Below, one piece after another: positions 21,101 to 29,841 of a stretch of DNA of 64,000 nucleotides (within the stretch, counting starts at the first letter, position 1; each line of letters opens with the position of its first letter). The stretch comes from an uncultured virus (IMG/VR IMGVR_UViG_3300049827_000124) (Duplodnaviria; Heunggongvirae; Uroviricota; Caudoviricetes): the IMG/VR virus record IMGVR_UViG_3300049827_000124, one strand, 5' to 3'. The notes under the pieces were generated by a model, which was not told where the DNA came from, made no database searches, and was given only the letters and a program-made list of their open reading frames with translations. The translations under genes were made by a program, and so were the position numbers.

Positions 21101-22741
21101 GTCTGGACGATGTCTTGCATAGTTCTTCAACTTTATCTCCATATCTATGAAGTCTTGAGAATCTGCCCACAACTCTAAAAGCTGCTTATAAACAAATGGA
21201 AGTTCGTGGTAGATAGGTTGATTTGTAATGTATTTATTTTTAACATTCTTTGTAAATACTTTTCCATCTACTTCAATCTGTTCAGTTACAGGTATTCTTC
21301 TTAGTACAGTTTTTGCTCGTTGACTTAATCTTTTAGAGATAGCTACAGCATAGTGTACTTGAGAGTGCTTCTTTTCTTCTACTCCGTCTAATGCTTCAAG
21401 TGTAGAATCATCTGCGGCATCAAAAGTATCATCCTCTTCGTAAGTTACTTTACTCGTTTTAGAGCTTACAACATATCCAAAATCTTTTAACTCTCTTGTT
21501 ACAAAATCTCTCCAAGCCGGTACGATTGTATTGCCTGTTTTAGCTTCAAACTTACCGTTCCAGTTTTCAATTATGTCAAATATATAGTCTCTTCTTTGTC
21601 TAGTTTCTGCAACTAATTTAAGGTCTCTAGGACTAGGATCTACTGGTACAGCAGGGAAGTTATTTAGGCTAACTTTGTTTGCTAAGTTATGAGCTTTGAA
21701 TGCTTTTACAGCATCATCATATTTCTGCTTGTACTCTGGCTTTGGGTTATTTTTTAAAGCCGTGGCATACCTCTTAGTCTCTCTTTCTAGAATAAATGAC
21801 TTTAATAAGATAGGAATCTCTACAGTTTTATTGCTTGGATTTTCTTTTGGAAAAGAATATAATGAATACAAAAGACCATTTACTATAGAACCATTTGTTT
21901 TAGTGTTACCTAAAATAGATCCCATGTTCACATTATCCCCACGATCATTAATCTCATCTATGACTTTGTGAACTAATCCATCAGTAAGTTCATCGACAAC
22001 AGCACTTGGTATCCCGTCTCTATATCTATTAGGGTTAATGTTAGACTGCATCTTTTCAGAATTCCTTAGTACCCCTCTGCCAAACAATGTTTTATTAACA
22101 TTATTAGACTTCAATAGTGAATAAGTTTGACGTAATGTCAAATCATTAGAGATGATAGCTTTAATCCACTCTAGCAAATCTTGGAACCATTGAAGAATAC
22201 CTTTAGTTGCAGACGTCTTTTCAGATAGCATAAACGTTCTGAAATCTGTAGCCATCTTTTCTTCAAGAACTAGGTTAGAAGCTTCTTGATCAGATATTTT
22301 TATTTCTGGGAATTCTTTTTTAATGTCTTCAACTTCAGCAGCTGTAGGTTTTCCGTACATTTTTAGAGCTTCTTTGTACAAGCCTTCTCTTTGCTTTTCC
22401 GAAAGCATTGTTCTAAACATCAAGTGGTACCCTTCATGGAATTCTGTACCAACTTCTGCCTGTCTCCAAATATTTATAGCAGCATTAGCTACATATCCAT
22501 GTTGAGATCTATTGCCTATTTGATTAGCAATATTGTAAAACTTAACTTCTTTACCAGGGAAAGTTTTAGAAAGCCAGTTTTTAGCTTTCTCTTCATTTAT
22601 CTTTTCGTAGTCAAAAGAATCTTTGATGTATTCTTCTACATTTCCTTTTGTATCGTTCCAAACTGTATAAGGATACTTAACATTCTTATTAGCTACTAAG
22701 GCTTTCCACTCTGGTAAATTTTTATTAGGGCAAAACGTCAT
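15197..22741 (-). CDS. virion-packaged single-chain double-psi-beta-barrel RNA polymerase (phi14:2 gp66-like) with N-terminal zincin-like domain
   Basis: 2514 aa; catalytic GSDFDVDK (DFDVD 17519-17533) preceded by YRIPNQ; HEGYH (22424-22438) with LEEKMA. Confidence 0.9.
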   Translation of the reverse strand: MTFCPNKNLPEWKALVANKNVKYPYTVWNDTKGNVEEYIKDSFDYEKINEEKAKNWLSKTFPGKEVKFYNIANQIGNRSQHGYVANAAINIWRQAEVGTEFHEGYHLMFRTMLSEKQREGLYKEALKMYGKPTAAEVEDIKKEFPEIKISDQEASNLVLEEKMATDFRTFMLSEKTSATKGILQWFQDLLEWIKAIISNDLTLRQTYSLLKSNNVNKTLFGRGVLRNSEKMQSNINPNRYRDGIPSAVVDELTDGLVHKVIDEINDRGDNVNMGSILGNTKTNGSIVNGLLYSLYSFPKENPSNKTVEIPILLKSFILERETKRYATALKNNPKPEYKQKYDDAVKAFKAHNLANKVSLNNFPAVPVDPSPRDLKLVAETRQRRDYIFDIIENWNGKFEAKTGNTIVPAWRDFVTRELKDFGYVVSSKTSKVTYEEDDTFDAADDSTLEALDGVEEKKHSQVHYAVAISKRLSQRAKTVLRRIPVTEQIEVDGKVFTKNVKNKYITNQPIYHELPFVYKQLLELWADSQDFIDMEIKLKNYARHRPDYLSISTKIDTLPADDRALLFSAFSNTIRDFDLIILGEDSKVINANTLTTQSKLASQWREQAVEVGGQEYDTSELNRALYVKNFDEESEIATFSLKKAKVERIKVALERVQSAISSKEQVRFKSNEDGTPSRAVISLASLIWELGMNLGNKSDIQDTIKNLQNIIDKGIYVKTKSKTVLRDGKDLYDYIVTNGSLFSMVRKGVVNFSVLKNQLTFGNSPAPVIPYFDIEGSGVKFLSELTPLFLSKTSESFVSATGSLMNPTNLTRPLDDIVQNIKRDIEKNGTDALQFYKQDVFVYSNELGLSHLFRHLLHNPEFAQNFKVPTVDAVKDRHDDATDYEDFDEITAVLARIQEYLNNGDKKYCKVVIPAAGDRTSTDFLPMPRIKGHDDPNLNLKSYAEVFQRGILEDFLRIDKAQQIIDDPNAVKLEGYTSGANRGISSEYMQFDGIYENNERIVTDVVLKTDGVIKKMSGETKRYLEYKKNNIPLDKTLKLYEIELKRMTADLGKFYNNMAESLADKILEADRGLEIGKKDLQKWGTLVDKGKGITRESRREAMVKMMKDFLVHEDLGRNEIIKMTRGNRALFKNNDDFTKRQRLLSTPGVKLGIKNTLSAKEAGNKVTWMSESYGADPTFTDFTFLDPRLDITQAIKEAAQDYVSRTVNTLRNMVNSKGQRLYTEEDLKDLYGYNPGEFEETNAFAIISMDFYRSIMQGRGLWKEYHEDAYLNYNKTGRFIYGPRVPMSEEGLAQYAKKLPPGASIGDHVPVLPMKPYFEDLKNVSGVTVAETHKTAYFVALKEHTERFPILDDLRQRLEMNPLEIGSPYANTGLPKISVAHALSAKKTLVANVYDFKTKLDAKGQHVPGSLTDIVLATHDTSKLRFPQIIPESKKELTAIFNRQAKKNAIANVDPSNIYFLNAGMEEDPRNFLKETTISGKSMLAMYHAAIEERINRDIATVNEEIGLTEFKKIVEQLKNATNKKGKVVIDEILKTQEFKDAKLKLMQRLRGIIERQVVEADVSENYLEALNITIDPTTGIPKFSIPLDFPVFGRKFQSSLLSIYNNNVFKQRLPGYEAVQASTLGAMKITKDDVGTLDTLQFLEIVPHNNPKNKSGLRLSSAEIMVREDVLRKFNLPEGEYSLDEIPESLRKLFAYRIPNQDKASMIMFRIKAILPKNHEKSIIVPPQLAQLMGSDFDVDKMFLLFPELEERQVTITNPDGSTITTTVMAKATADYEEVYRDLSKLKGISDAQLNNVMLDTIEAVLSSSHHFLETLSPLDSTALPSIRNSLIERRPELAISRLWTGGEYETQSSIRNLLGVKLRGLWANALAGRNVATNLEVNVFDSFAVKIEGEVINTKLLSKVKNENATYDNNVVTDKIVSRYLSAAVDTTKDPLQYVINDNIITFPVENYWINFFGDTKLLHDFLNQPIIRRFVDIMSINYGSNLTQINNAYRAVAEEFNIDTTGTTLPPNYKDIEKTKSMNRQAITDFKVSPATALSNFMKFYAAGQQLKEFFKVITPDTMDGLNRIESMQAFLERKDRFMNPAEGKFQRAPIAFYGRSMDENVVEQILDEDSAYGLSRGYYKMIQETLDVASILFPMTLSSQVKSFKKTVKAMIGKENLTADMHREVNPAIMFTVLSRPDSPLRVYFDKAYSDATYKPSKNSLTLLGELDNIVKKFPNLRANEFLSKIKADNDNVKFKGFRTLNFDATQQYAPKEKQRIKDDLTNLLYRPEAYLGKLSRTASEEEKKSYKAKADQIRTFGFKIAMHTFISNGFRTSAYNFADLLPANFYTQPLDRIGKLDTQGKELKPISIAEYMHEQSMKMQNSSYFTGEDLIRFFRIFGEIRPGGSNLVERSNLAAGKLLKPEVNVPIKKYGKNVPKILILRDDKGKTDVYIMDDSTYSNKNSTAKYLSLRKVNNNKKHIVGGDFLNIKTIGNDVPINEALSLAQLIYDASVNKESTNDVAQLCML

Positions 22742-22744
22742 ACT

Positions 22745-25700
22745 CTAGTCAGTGTTACAAGTTTCTTCATGTTCTTTTTCTTGATCTTGAATCTCTTTTA
22801 TCATTTTTTCAGCCTCTGCCAAAGTAATGGTTTTTCCTTCAGCTTTAAACAGATTCACAACTCCTTCAGCATCTATGGCATCCATCATAATAGCAGCTTT
22901 TACTCCTGCTCCTAGAACGGTTCCTTTTACAAACCCTTCTTTTACTTTACCATTCTTTACAATAGTTGCTTCTTCCTCTTCTAGTTCATCTTCTGCAGGC
23001 TTAACCACTGTCTTACCTTTTTCCTCAGTTGTTGTACTTGCTTTTTTCTTACCACTATTTTTGATAGCTGGGTCAGAATTTGTGCTAGTAGTCTTTCTTT
23101 CAAAGGTAACTTTGCCTGCTAAGACTTCAGAAATTTTAAAGCTTAGCTCGAAATCCTTCTTAGCAAATGTACTAACTTTTTGAATGTTTCCAACTTCATC
23201 ATAAGCAATTGGAATATATAATACGTGACCTGATGAAATTCTAACCTTAGTGTTATTCTCCATCCCATGCCCAACTAGCATGTATGCATATGCACTAAGT
23301 TGAGAACCATGCTGTTGACGTTTACTCTTACTCTTAATCTTTGTTTCTGGGTCTACGTATCCTACATCATACTTTTCTAATCCAGCTTCTGATCCAGTTT
23401 TAATATCGTAGATACTGTACGAGTTGTCTTTATTTTTTACAAGGATGTCAAATTTACCTGCAAGCTTATATTGAGACGTGTATACAACTTTCTCTACTGC
23501 AATTACCTTTCCTCCATTTTTAGTTAAGATTTTATTCATACCTCTTAGCTGAGTCATCAAATCTAAAAATGCTACTGGTTTCATTCCAGGAGGCCTCTTT
23601 ACAAGTTTAGGATTCTGCACGTACACTTCAGCTACCTTGTGAACACTTGTACCGGCCTTACTAGAAGCTACTTGTTTCTCTTTTGGACCATTGAATGGGT
23701 CAGAAGTTCTACTTGTTGTTCTGTCAAATTTCTTAGCAGCTAAATCGTCAGCAGTTTGAATTAAGTAATGTGTTTCTTCTCCTGTAATAGGATCTTTGTA
23801 CATTCCTTTAAACTCTTCCTTTTCGATATTGTCTAATATGTTAACAAGGACGTCTTTAGTTACTTCCCCATCTGCATCTACAGTAGAAGTTTTACCACTT
23901 AGTCCTTCATTTTTGTCAGACACTTCAGCTGATACTTCTTCCTCTTCTTCTAATCCTGCTTTCTTTTCAAGTTCTTCAATAGAGTTTCTGTTTCTATTTT
24001 GAGCAGGAGGAGCTTCAACCTCTTCTTCTTGCTCTACTGGTGTTAGAGTTTCTTCTTCAGGTTGAATAGTATTCCCTAATTCATTTTCATTCAATAGGTC
24101 ATTAGACAAATCAACATCGTCATACTCAGCATTTGTGTCATCGTCCTCTACATATTCTTCTTCCTGTTGAGAAAGTTGTTTATCAATAGGAGTGATTACA
24201 GCAGGCTTGGCCGGTGTCTCAGTAAATGGATTTTCTAATGCCTTTCCATCTACTAACATTGGTCCATAGGTAATTCCTACATCAAAAAATGGTGATCCAG
24301 TTTTTGAATTAAATACTTTATCAGTACTTAATATCCCAGAGTGCCCTAAACTTTCTTCAGCTATATCAGGAATAGCAGCTTCATCCCCAAGATAATCTAA
24401 GTATGTTGCATAAGTAACAGTTGGATCTATTGGACTAGTAAAAGGTTCGTCACTTCCTAATCTGTTTACATCTACTTGATATCTACGTTTTAAGATAGCA
24501 GATGTGAAAGCTTTGTTGATATCATTTTCAAATAGCTTTTGATCTTTTCTTGTAGTGTCGTTTACAAAATCAATTGCTCCTTTTTCAGTTCTCTCTGCTG
24601 TTACAAATCCGTATTTGAATGAAGATGTTCCTGTAAAAGCTAAGAACAAATCTTGAGCACTTATTTGAATGTAACTTTCTGCAGATGGAACATAGAAAAT
24701 GTAGGTAGAAACTTGTTCATCTCCACGATTTATAATATCATGGAAAAGTAAATCTCTATTTTCAAGACCTATAGCAGCTTCTTTACGAACATTAAATCCG
24801 ACAATATCATTTACTCTATCAAAGTCTTGGTCATTAATTGCTGTAACTACTTTTTGTACTCCAATAGTAGTCATCATTTTAGTAGTCATTCTTAGGTGCT
24901 TGTATCCTCCTAGTGGATCCTCCACTACCATTGCAACTTTACCTAAGTCTCTATCACTGATGTCCCATGCAGTTGTATCTATCTCTACTCCTTTTGCAAC
25001 GTTATCTCCATATCTATAGATGGTCCATCTAAGCATTCCTTTAACTGTAGTAGCTACTGCTAGGGTAGGAACAACCTTAGATCCATCTTCTCTTTTTATA
25101 AATGGATTATAGAAATATACTTCTCCGGCTTTTGTTCTAGCATTGGTTATTCCTTTATTAGAATTATATCGTTTTCCTGCAACGGTAGATGTAACTTTCT
25201 TACCACTTATAATATTCTTGTAGATCTCTTCTCTACTAGAATTTGTTTCTACATTGCCAGGCTTATACCCTTCTAACAATCCAATTCGTACAACTCGGCC
25301 ATCAGCTTGGTAAGCCTTTACAAGAATAGGAATAGACTTCCACATGTCTTCTGGTGTTATTCTTCCAGAAGCTACTTCTTTTTGAAACCAAACTGAATCA
25401 CCTATTAGCTCAAATTCTAATGTAGTATTTAATGGGATTAACTCATTACTTGCTAAGTTAAATTGCTCAATTCCTAATCGTACTTCTTTTCCAACAGAGT
25501 TAATTACTGTCGGGGCTACTCTAAGATACTCAGGATTTGATTGAGGTTTTCCATTATCATCAACTTCTATGTGATCAAATCCTCCTTCTTCGTATTTATA
25601 TTCACTAGATACAAGTCTAGCATTTATGGCACCACCTTCATTCTCTTTAACAGGAGCTGTAACAGAAGCAGACATTTCTTCATTGTCATCTTCAACTACT

Positions 25701-28700
25701 GGATACTCTACTTCTTCTTCATCATCTTGTATAAAGTTAGAAGAGTCTGTTATCTGTGGAATTTCAGTATCTTCTTCACTTCCTTCTATAAAGTCTGCAT
25801 TTGAAATTATTTCAGCAGTTAATATTAAACCTTCTTCTTCACCTAGTCCAGTTTCATTTACATCCACCGTGCCATCTTCAGGTGCTTGAACAGCTCCTTC
25901 AGTCTCTGGTTGATTTCCTTGTTCTTGAGTGTATTCCGTAGCTCCTTCGGGAGTTTGTAAATCTTGGCTAGCTTGACTTGACTTTCTACTTTCATATTCT
26001 TCGTTTATTCTAGTTAGTTCTTCTTGTATAAATTCTTTTTGAGCTTCTGCTGCATTTAAAAGTCTATTTAGCTCTTCAAGATTATTCACATCTTCGTCTG
26101 AAGCTATACCATTTCTTACAGCTCCTTCGATAGCATTGATTTCATTAGAAAGATTCTTGATCTCTAAATTTACATCGTCAAGCTTTGCTTGTGCTTGTCC
26201 TGATAAGTCTTCAAGATTTACTTCTTCGTCTACAGTTATTCCGGCTGGAACACTAGTTGACGGAGTTGTTTCTGCAGGTGTTTCAGTTTTAGAGTGTAAT
26301 GCATCTACGAACTTTTTGTAATTAGCCTTAGCATCTTTTAAAAGTTTCTGTAATGCAAGTACTTGTGGATCTTTGTTAAACTCTTCTCCAGACATTTGCT
26401 GTCTTAGATAAGATTCTTTTAAGAAACTGTAACTGCTTAATATGTTGTAGATAAAAGTTTTGTACTCTTTAGCAGCTCTTTCAATTGATGTATTTGAAGA
26501 GGTCTTAAGATTTATATCAGTAGTAACTTCTACAGCTTCTGCTTGTTGAGTTAAGGCATCTATCTGAGCATCTACTTTATTTTTTACTTCTACTTCACTG
26601 AGGGCAGCTGTATTAATTGTACCTTGAGAAGCTGCACTTGTAGCTATTATTTCTGCAAGTTCTAATACTAATGTATTATTTTCTTCAGCTCTAAATATAA
26701 CTGTTTGCCCAAGTTCGTTTGTAAGCTTTACAGATTTTATAAAAGATATAGACTCATCTTCTGCAGCTAATTGCATAGCTTCTTGATCAATGTCAATAGC
26801 AGCTAATGGATCTTCTTCTAGATTTTCATAGTTTACTCCATTGACTCTGAGCAATCTACCATTAGTAGATCGTAGTACAATATTATTAGAGTACGATGTT
26901 GTAATACTTTCTTCGTCAACTTCTTGGCTATCTCTTAAAGCATTTGCTGCTTCTTCTGCCTCATCTTCTGCTTCTCTGTCTGCCTTATTCTTTGCTCTAT
27001 TTGCTATCTCAGATTCCTCCTGAGTCTCTCCTTTTAGGTCGGCTATAACTTCTCTTAGGGCTAAAGCTTTTTGTGGATCAGCCTCTTCGATCTCATCCAT
27101 GTTCTTAGCTAGATCTTCTAACTCTTCTAAGGATAAAACAATATAGTCTTTTTTAAGCTCTGACTCTATCTTCTTAAGCTCGTCATATTTTTTATTAACA
27201 GCTGCTTGCACTTCTGGATCAAGGGTTTCATATTTCCCTTTTACCATATCGTCTAACTCTTTACTAGTTCTAGCTTCTGAAATTGCAAATCCTGCAGCTT
27301 TGTTTGCTTTAGCTAATTCAGCTTGACGTGCTATAGATTGCTTAGCAGCTATTGCTAAATCTCTTTTCTCTGGAGATTTTACTAATTCGTCAAAAGCAGC
27401 TAGAGCCTCTTCTCGTAAAGCTATAGTGTTAAATAAATTAGTGTAAGCATTTTTAAATTTCTGTCTATTGATAGGATCTAAACTTTCTGCTTCTTCTAAA
27501 GCTTTGTCTAATCCTTGTAAGAATTCAATATCTTCTTTAGCTTTCCCCTCCTTAGTAATAGTTTTGAATGTAGGCCCAGTTTTCTCTGACTCTGCAACCA
27601 TACCAGCATCAGAAAGCTTAGTGTCTGTTAAAGTAGGTGGCATTGTAATGTTACCATTCTCATCTACACTTACTTTATTTCTTTTTACTAATGCTACTAA
27701 CTTATTGAAATCGTAATTTCCAAATGCCTTTTTTAAGGCATCAGAACTGTTCAACGATATTTCTTGAAGTTCTTTAAGTGATGCATCAATTTCCTTTTCT
27801 CTTGATTTAATACCTACCATTGATGACAACAGTACAGTCTTAAGTCTTTGATTATAAAGGTTTTGTATTGCAGCCTCTTGCTTAGATTCTTTTGACATCA
27901 GCATTGCACCAAGGCCTTGCTTCTCTGGTTGCATCATTGTAATGATACTATCAATATCATCACTAAGTTTTGCAAACTCTTTTAGTCTTTCTTTCTTCTC
28001 GTTTATTAATTCTAAATGATTTTTACCACCTGTCTGCTCTTTTAGAGGAGTAGTCAAATCGTAACCACCACGTTTCATAAACTCTTCTTCAGATAAACTT
28101 CCTAAGTCATCTAGCTCTTCAAGACCTAAACTCATGGCTCCTAGTGACTGCAGCTTTGAAGCTCTAGCAGCATCTAGGTTCATTCTCAATTCTTCTGCAA
28201 GTTTAAAGTTACCTACAGCATTAGCATCTTGAATATTTTTAATAAGCTTTAACTGCTCTACGTTAGCTTCTGCAGAAGCCATCATGTTGGCAAAAGATCC
28301 AGAGTTTTTTATCTCTAATAACTTTTCAGTGTTAGCTTTTAATTGCTTACGTTGTTGAGATTCTGCTCCAGAGATTGTTGAAGAAGCTCCCATCATTCCT
28401 CCAGTGATAGCCCCTAAAAGCATAGACTCTAATCCTTCGGTTGTCCCAAAAGTATTAGATAATCCTTCTACAACAGATTGTGTAATATCAGCAACACCAT
28501 CATCAAATTTGTTTCTGAAGTAGCTATTACCTACATCTCCAATCATAAACTGAGCACCTTCTTGGAAAGCTTCAGTTAATGCATTTTCATATATAGGTTT
28601 TGCAAATCTATTAGCATTTCTAAAAGTTCTTCCAAATGCAGTTTTAGCAGTTGCTTCTACAAACTTTTCCCCATCATTTACTATGGCATTGGTAAGAGTA

Positions 28701-29815
28701 GGTTTACCATACTTTCCTCCCATGATATGCTTTCCAAACATTAAAAGGTTTGTAGGCATAAGTACTGCTAAGTTCCATCCAAATGTAGTATTTTCTAAAG
28801 CTTTAGCAGAGTCATTGATGCTTTTTCTAACATCTTCTGGCATATCGTCTTTAGCACTTTTTCCTGGGTTTTGTTGTTCCCAAGCTTCGTACATTTCTTC
28901 CGTAAACATTTTAGATTTTTCACGGGCTTCTACAGATGCTTCTCCAAGAGACATCATAGCCCCCATCTCTAAGTGTCTAGTAGCATTTAATAATTTAGCA
29001 GCATTGGCATATGCAGCTACATCTCCTGTTAATGCTGTACCGGTTTTAATAAGTTTAGAAGCTTGGTAGATATTTTTAAGCTTCTCTCCAGTGCTAATTA
29101 TTTTACCAGCATTTAATACTTCTCCAGCACCCATGATAGCTCTGGCTCCTACACCTGCTCCTCTAGCAAGTAGTCCAGAACCTCCTGTAAGCCATACGGT
29201 TGCTATAGATCCTAAGCTATATCCTAGTCCGTTAGCAACTTTATCTGTCCAAAAGTTAGCATTTAAACTAACTTCTCTTCCTGGCTCAAGTTCTTTATTT
29301 GTGTAGTAGTGAGGCAAGTTTTTAGACATCCACTCGTTGGTGTCATCTACTGCTCTTCCTACAAAGTTATCTGCATATGAATCTCCCCCAATACCAGCAG
29401 CAGAGAATAACCCAGCTACAACTCCTAAGGTATTTTCAGCAACTGCTCCAGTACCTGTAGTAAGTAATTTTAAAGTTCCGTAACCTAATTTTTCAAGAGT
29501 GCCTTGGTTTTTTGCACGAATGTCATTCCAATCAGCATATGGATTTAAAGGGACACCGTATCCCACATAGTTTCCAATTGGATCAGTATATACATTTGTT
29601 AAATCTACAGCACTTCTAGATCTAGATAATGGATCTTTACCAGTTGCAACAGAAGTTTCTTTTATCCTTACCTGCCCTACTCCTGCGATACTCCCCAAAT
29701 CATCTGCAGCCCCATTTCCTGAAGGCTTAGATTTATCAACAATGTTAGATTTAGGAAGCCCTGTAATACTGCTTAAATCGTCAAGAGCTGTTGTAGATTC
29801 TACTGTTTGGTCCAT
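22745..29815 (-). CDS. giant virion cargo/ejection protein with N-terminal membrane-helix region and C-terminal PD-(D/E)XK nuclease
   Basis: 2356 aa; Gly/Ala-rich hydrophobic helices in the first ~480 aa; acidic linkers; AGTSVH...EKVV...AGKFDILV...IYDIKTG...QLSAY near the C-terminus. Confidence 0.75.
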   Translation of the reverse strand: MDQTVESTTALDDLSSITGLPKSNIVDKSKPSGNGAADDLGSIAGVGQVRIKETSVATGKDPLSRSRSAVDLTNVYTDPIGNYVGYGVPLNPYADWNDIRAKNQGTLEKLGYGTLKLLTTGTGAVAENTLGVVAGLFSAAGIGGDSYADNFVGRAVDDTNEWMSKNLPHYYTNKELEPGREVSLNANFWTDKVANGLGYSLGSIATVWLTGGSGLLARGAGVGARAIMGAGEVLNAGKIISTGEKLKNIYQASKLIKTGTALTGDVAAYANAAKLLNATRHLEMGAMMSLGEASVEAREKSKMFTEEMYEAWEQQNPGKSAKDDMPEDVRKSINDSAKALENTTFGWNLAVLMPTNLLMFGKHIMGGKYGKPTLTNAIVNDGEKFVEATAKTAFGRTFRNANRFAKPIYENALTEAFQEGAQFMIGDVGNSYFRNKFDDGVADITQSVVEGLSNTFGTTEGLESMLLGAITGGMMGASSTISGAESQQRKQLKANTEKLLEIKNSGSFANMMASAEANVEQLKLIKNIQDANAVGNFKLAEELRMNLDAARASKLQSLGAMSLGLEELDDLGSLSEEEFMKRGGYDLTTPLKEQTGGKNHLELINEKKERLKEFAKLSDDIDSIITMMQPEKQGLGAMLMSKESKQEAAIQNLYNQRLKTVLLSSMVGIKSREKEIDASLKELQEISLNSSDALKKAFGNYDFNKLVALVKRNKVSVDENGNITMPPTLTDTKLSDAGMVAESEKTGPTFKTITKEGKAKEDIEFLQGLDKALEEAESLDPINRQKFKNAYTNLFNTIALREEALAAFDELVKSPEKRDLAIAAKQSIARQAELAKANKAAGFAISEARTSKELDDMVKGKYETLDPEVQAAVNKKYDELKKIESELKKDYIVLSLEELEDLAKNMDEIEEADPQKALALREVIADLKGETQEESEIANRAKNKADREAEDEAEEAANALRDSQEVDEESITTSYSNNIVLRSTNGRLLRVNGVNYENLEEDPLAAIDIDQEAMQLAAEDESISFIKSVKLTNELGQTVIFRAEENNTLVLELAEIIATSAASQGTINTAALSEVEVKNKVDAQIDALTQQAEAVEVTTDINLKTSSNTSIERAAKEYKTFIYNILSSYSFLKESYLRQQMSGEEFNKDPQVLALQKLLKDAKANYKKFVDALHSKTETPAETTPSTSVPAGITVDEEVNLEDLSGQAQAKLDDVNLEIKNLSNEINAIEGAVRNGIASDEDVNNLEELNRLLNAAEAQKEFIQEELTRINEEYESRKSSQASQDLQTPEGATEYTQEQGNQPETEGAVQAPEDGTVDVNETGLGEEEGLILTAEIISNADFIEGSEEDTEIPQITDSSNFIQDDEEEVEYPVVEDDNEEMSASVTAPVKENEGGAINARLVSSEYKYEEGGFDHIEVDDNGKPQSNPEYLRVAPTVINSVGKEVRLGIEQFNLASNELIPLNTTLEFELIGDSVWFQKEVASGRITPEDMWKSIPILVKAYQADGRVVRIGLLEGYKPGNVETNSSREEIYKNIISGKKVTSTVAGKRYNSNKGITNARTKAGEVYFYNPFIKREDGSKVVPTLAVATTVKGMLRWTIYRYGDNVAKGVEIDTTAWDISDRDLGKVAMVVEDPLGGYKHLRMTTKMMTTIGVQKVVTAINDQDFDRVNDIVGFNVRKEAAIGLENRDLLFHDIINRGDEQVSTYIFYVPSAESYIQISAQDLFLAFTGTSSFKYGFVTAERTEKGAIDFVNDTTRKDQKLFENDINKAFTSAILKRRYQVDVNRLGSDEPFTSPIDPTVTYATYLDYLGDEAAIPDIAEESLGHSGILSTDKVFNSKTGSPFFDVGITYGPMLVDGKALENPFTETPAKPAVITPIDKQLSQQEEEYVEDDDTNAEYDDVDLSNDLLNENELGNTIQPEEETLTPVEQEEEVEAPPAQNRNRNSIEELEKKAGLEEEEEVSAEVSDKNEGLSGKTSTVDADGEVTKDVLVNILDNIEKEEFKGMYKDPITGEETHYLIQTADDLAAKKFDRTTSRTSDPFNGPKEKQVASSKAGTSVHKVAEVYVQNPKLVKRPPGMKPVAFLDLMTQLRGMNKILTKNGGKVIAVEKVVYTSQYKLAGKFDILVKNKDNSYSIYDIKTGSEAGLEKYDVGYVDPETKIKSKSKRQQHGSQLSAYAYMLVGHGMENNTKVRISSGHVLYIPIAYDEVGNIQKVSTFAKKDFELSFKISEVLAGKVTFERKTTSTNSDPAIKNSGKKKASTTTEEKGKTVVKPAEDELEEEEATIVKNGKVKEGFVKGTVLGAGVKAAIMMDAIDAEGVVNLFKAEGKTITLAEAEKMIKEIQDQEKEHEETCNTD

Positions 29816-29820
29816 AGTAA

Positions 29821-29828
29821 CAAAGATA
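29821..29828 (-). promoter_or_regulatory. -7 promoter box TATCTTTG, 5 nt before ATG
   Basis: Minus strand TATCTTTG-TTACT-ATG(29815). Confidence 0.6.
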
Positions 29829-29841
29829 CGTAAAATTTATT

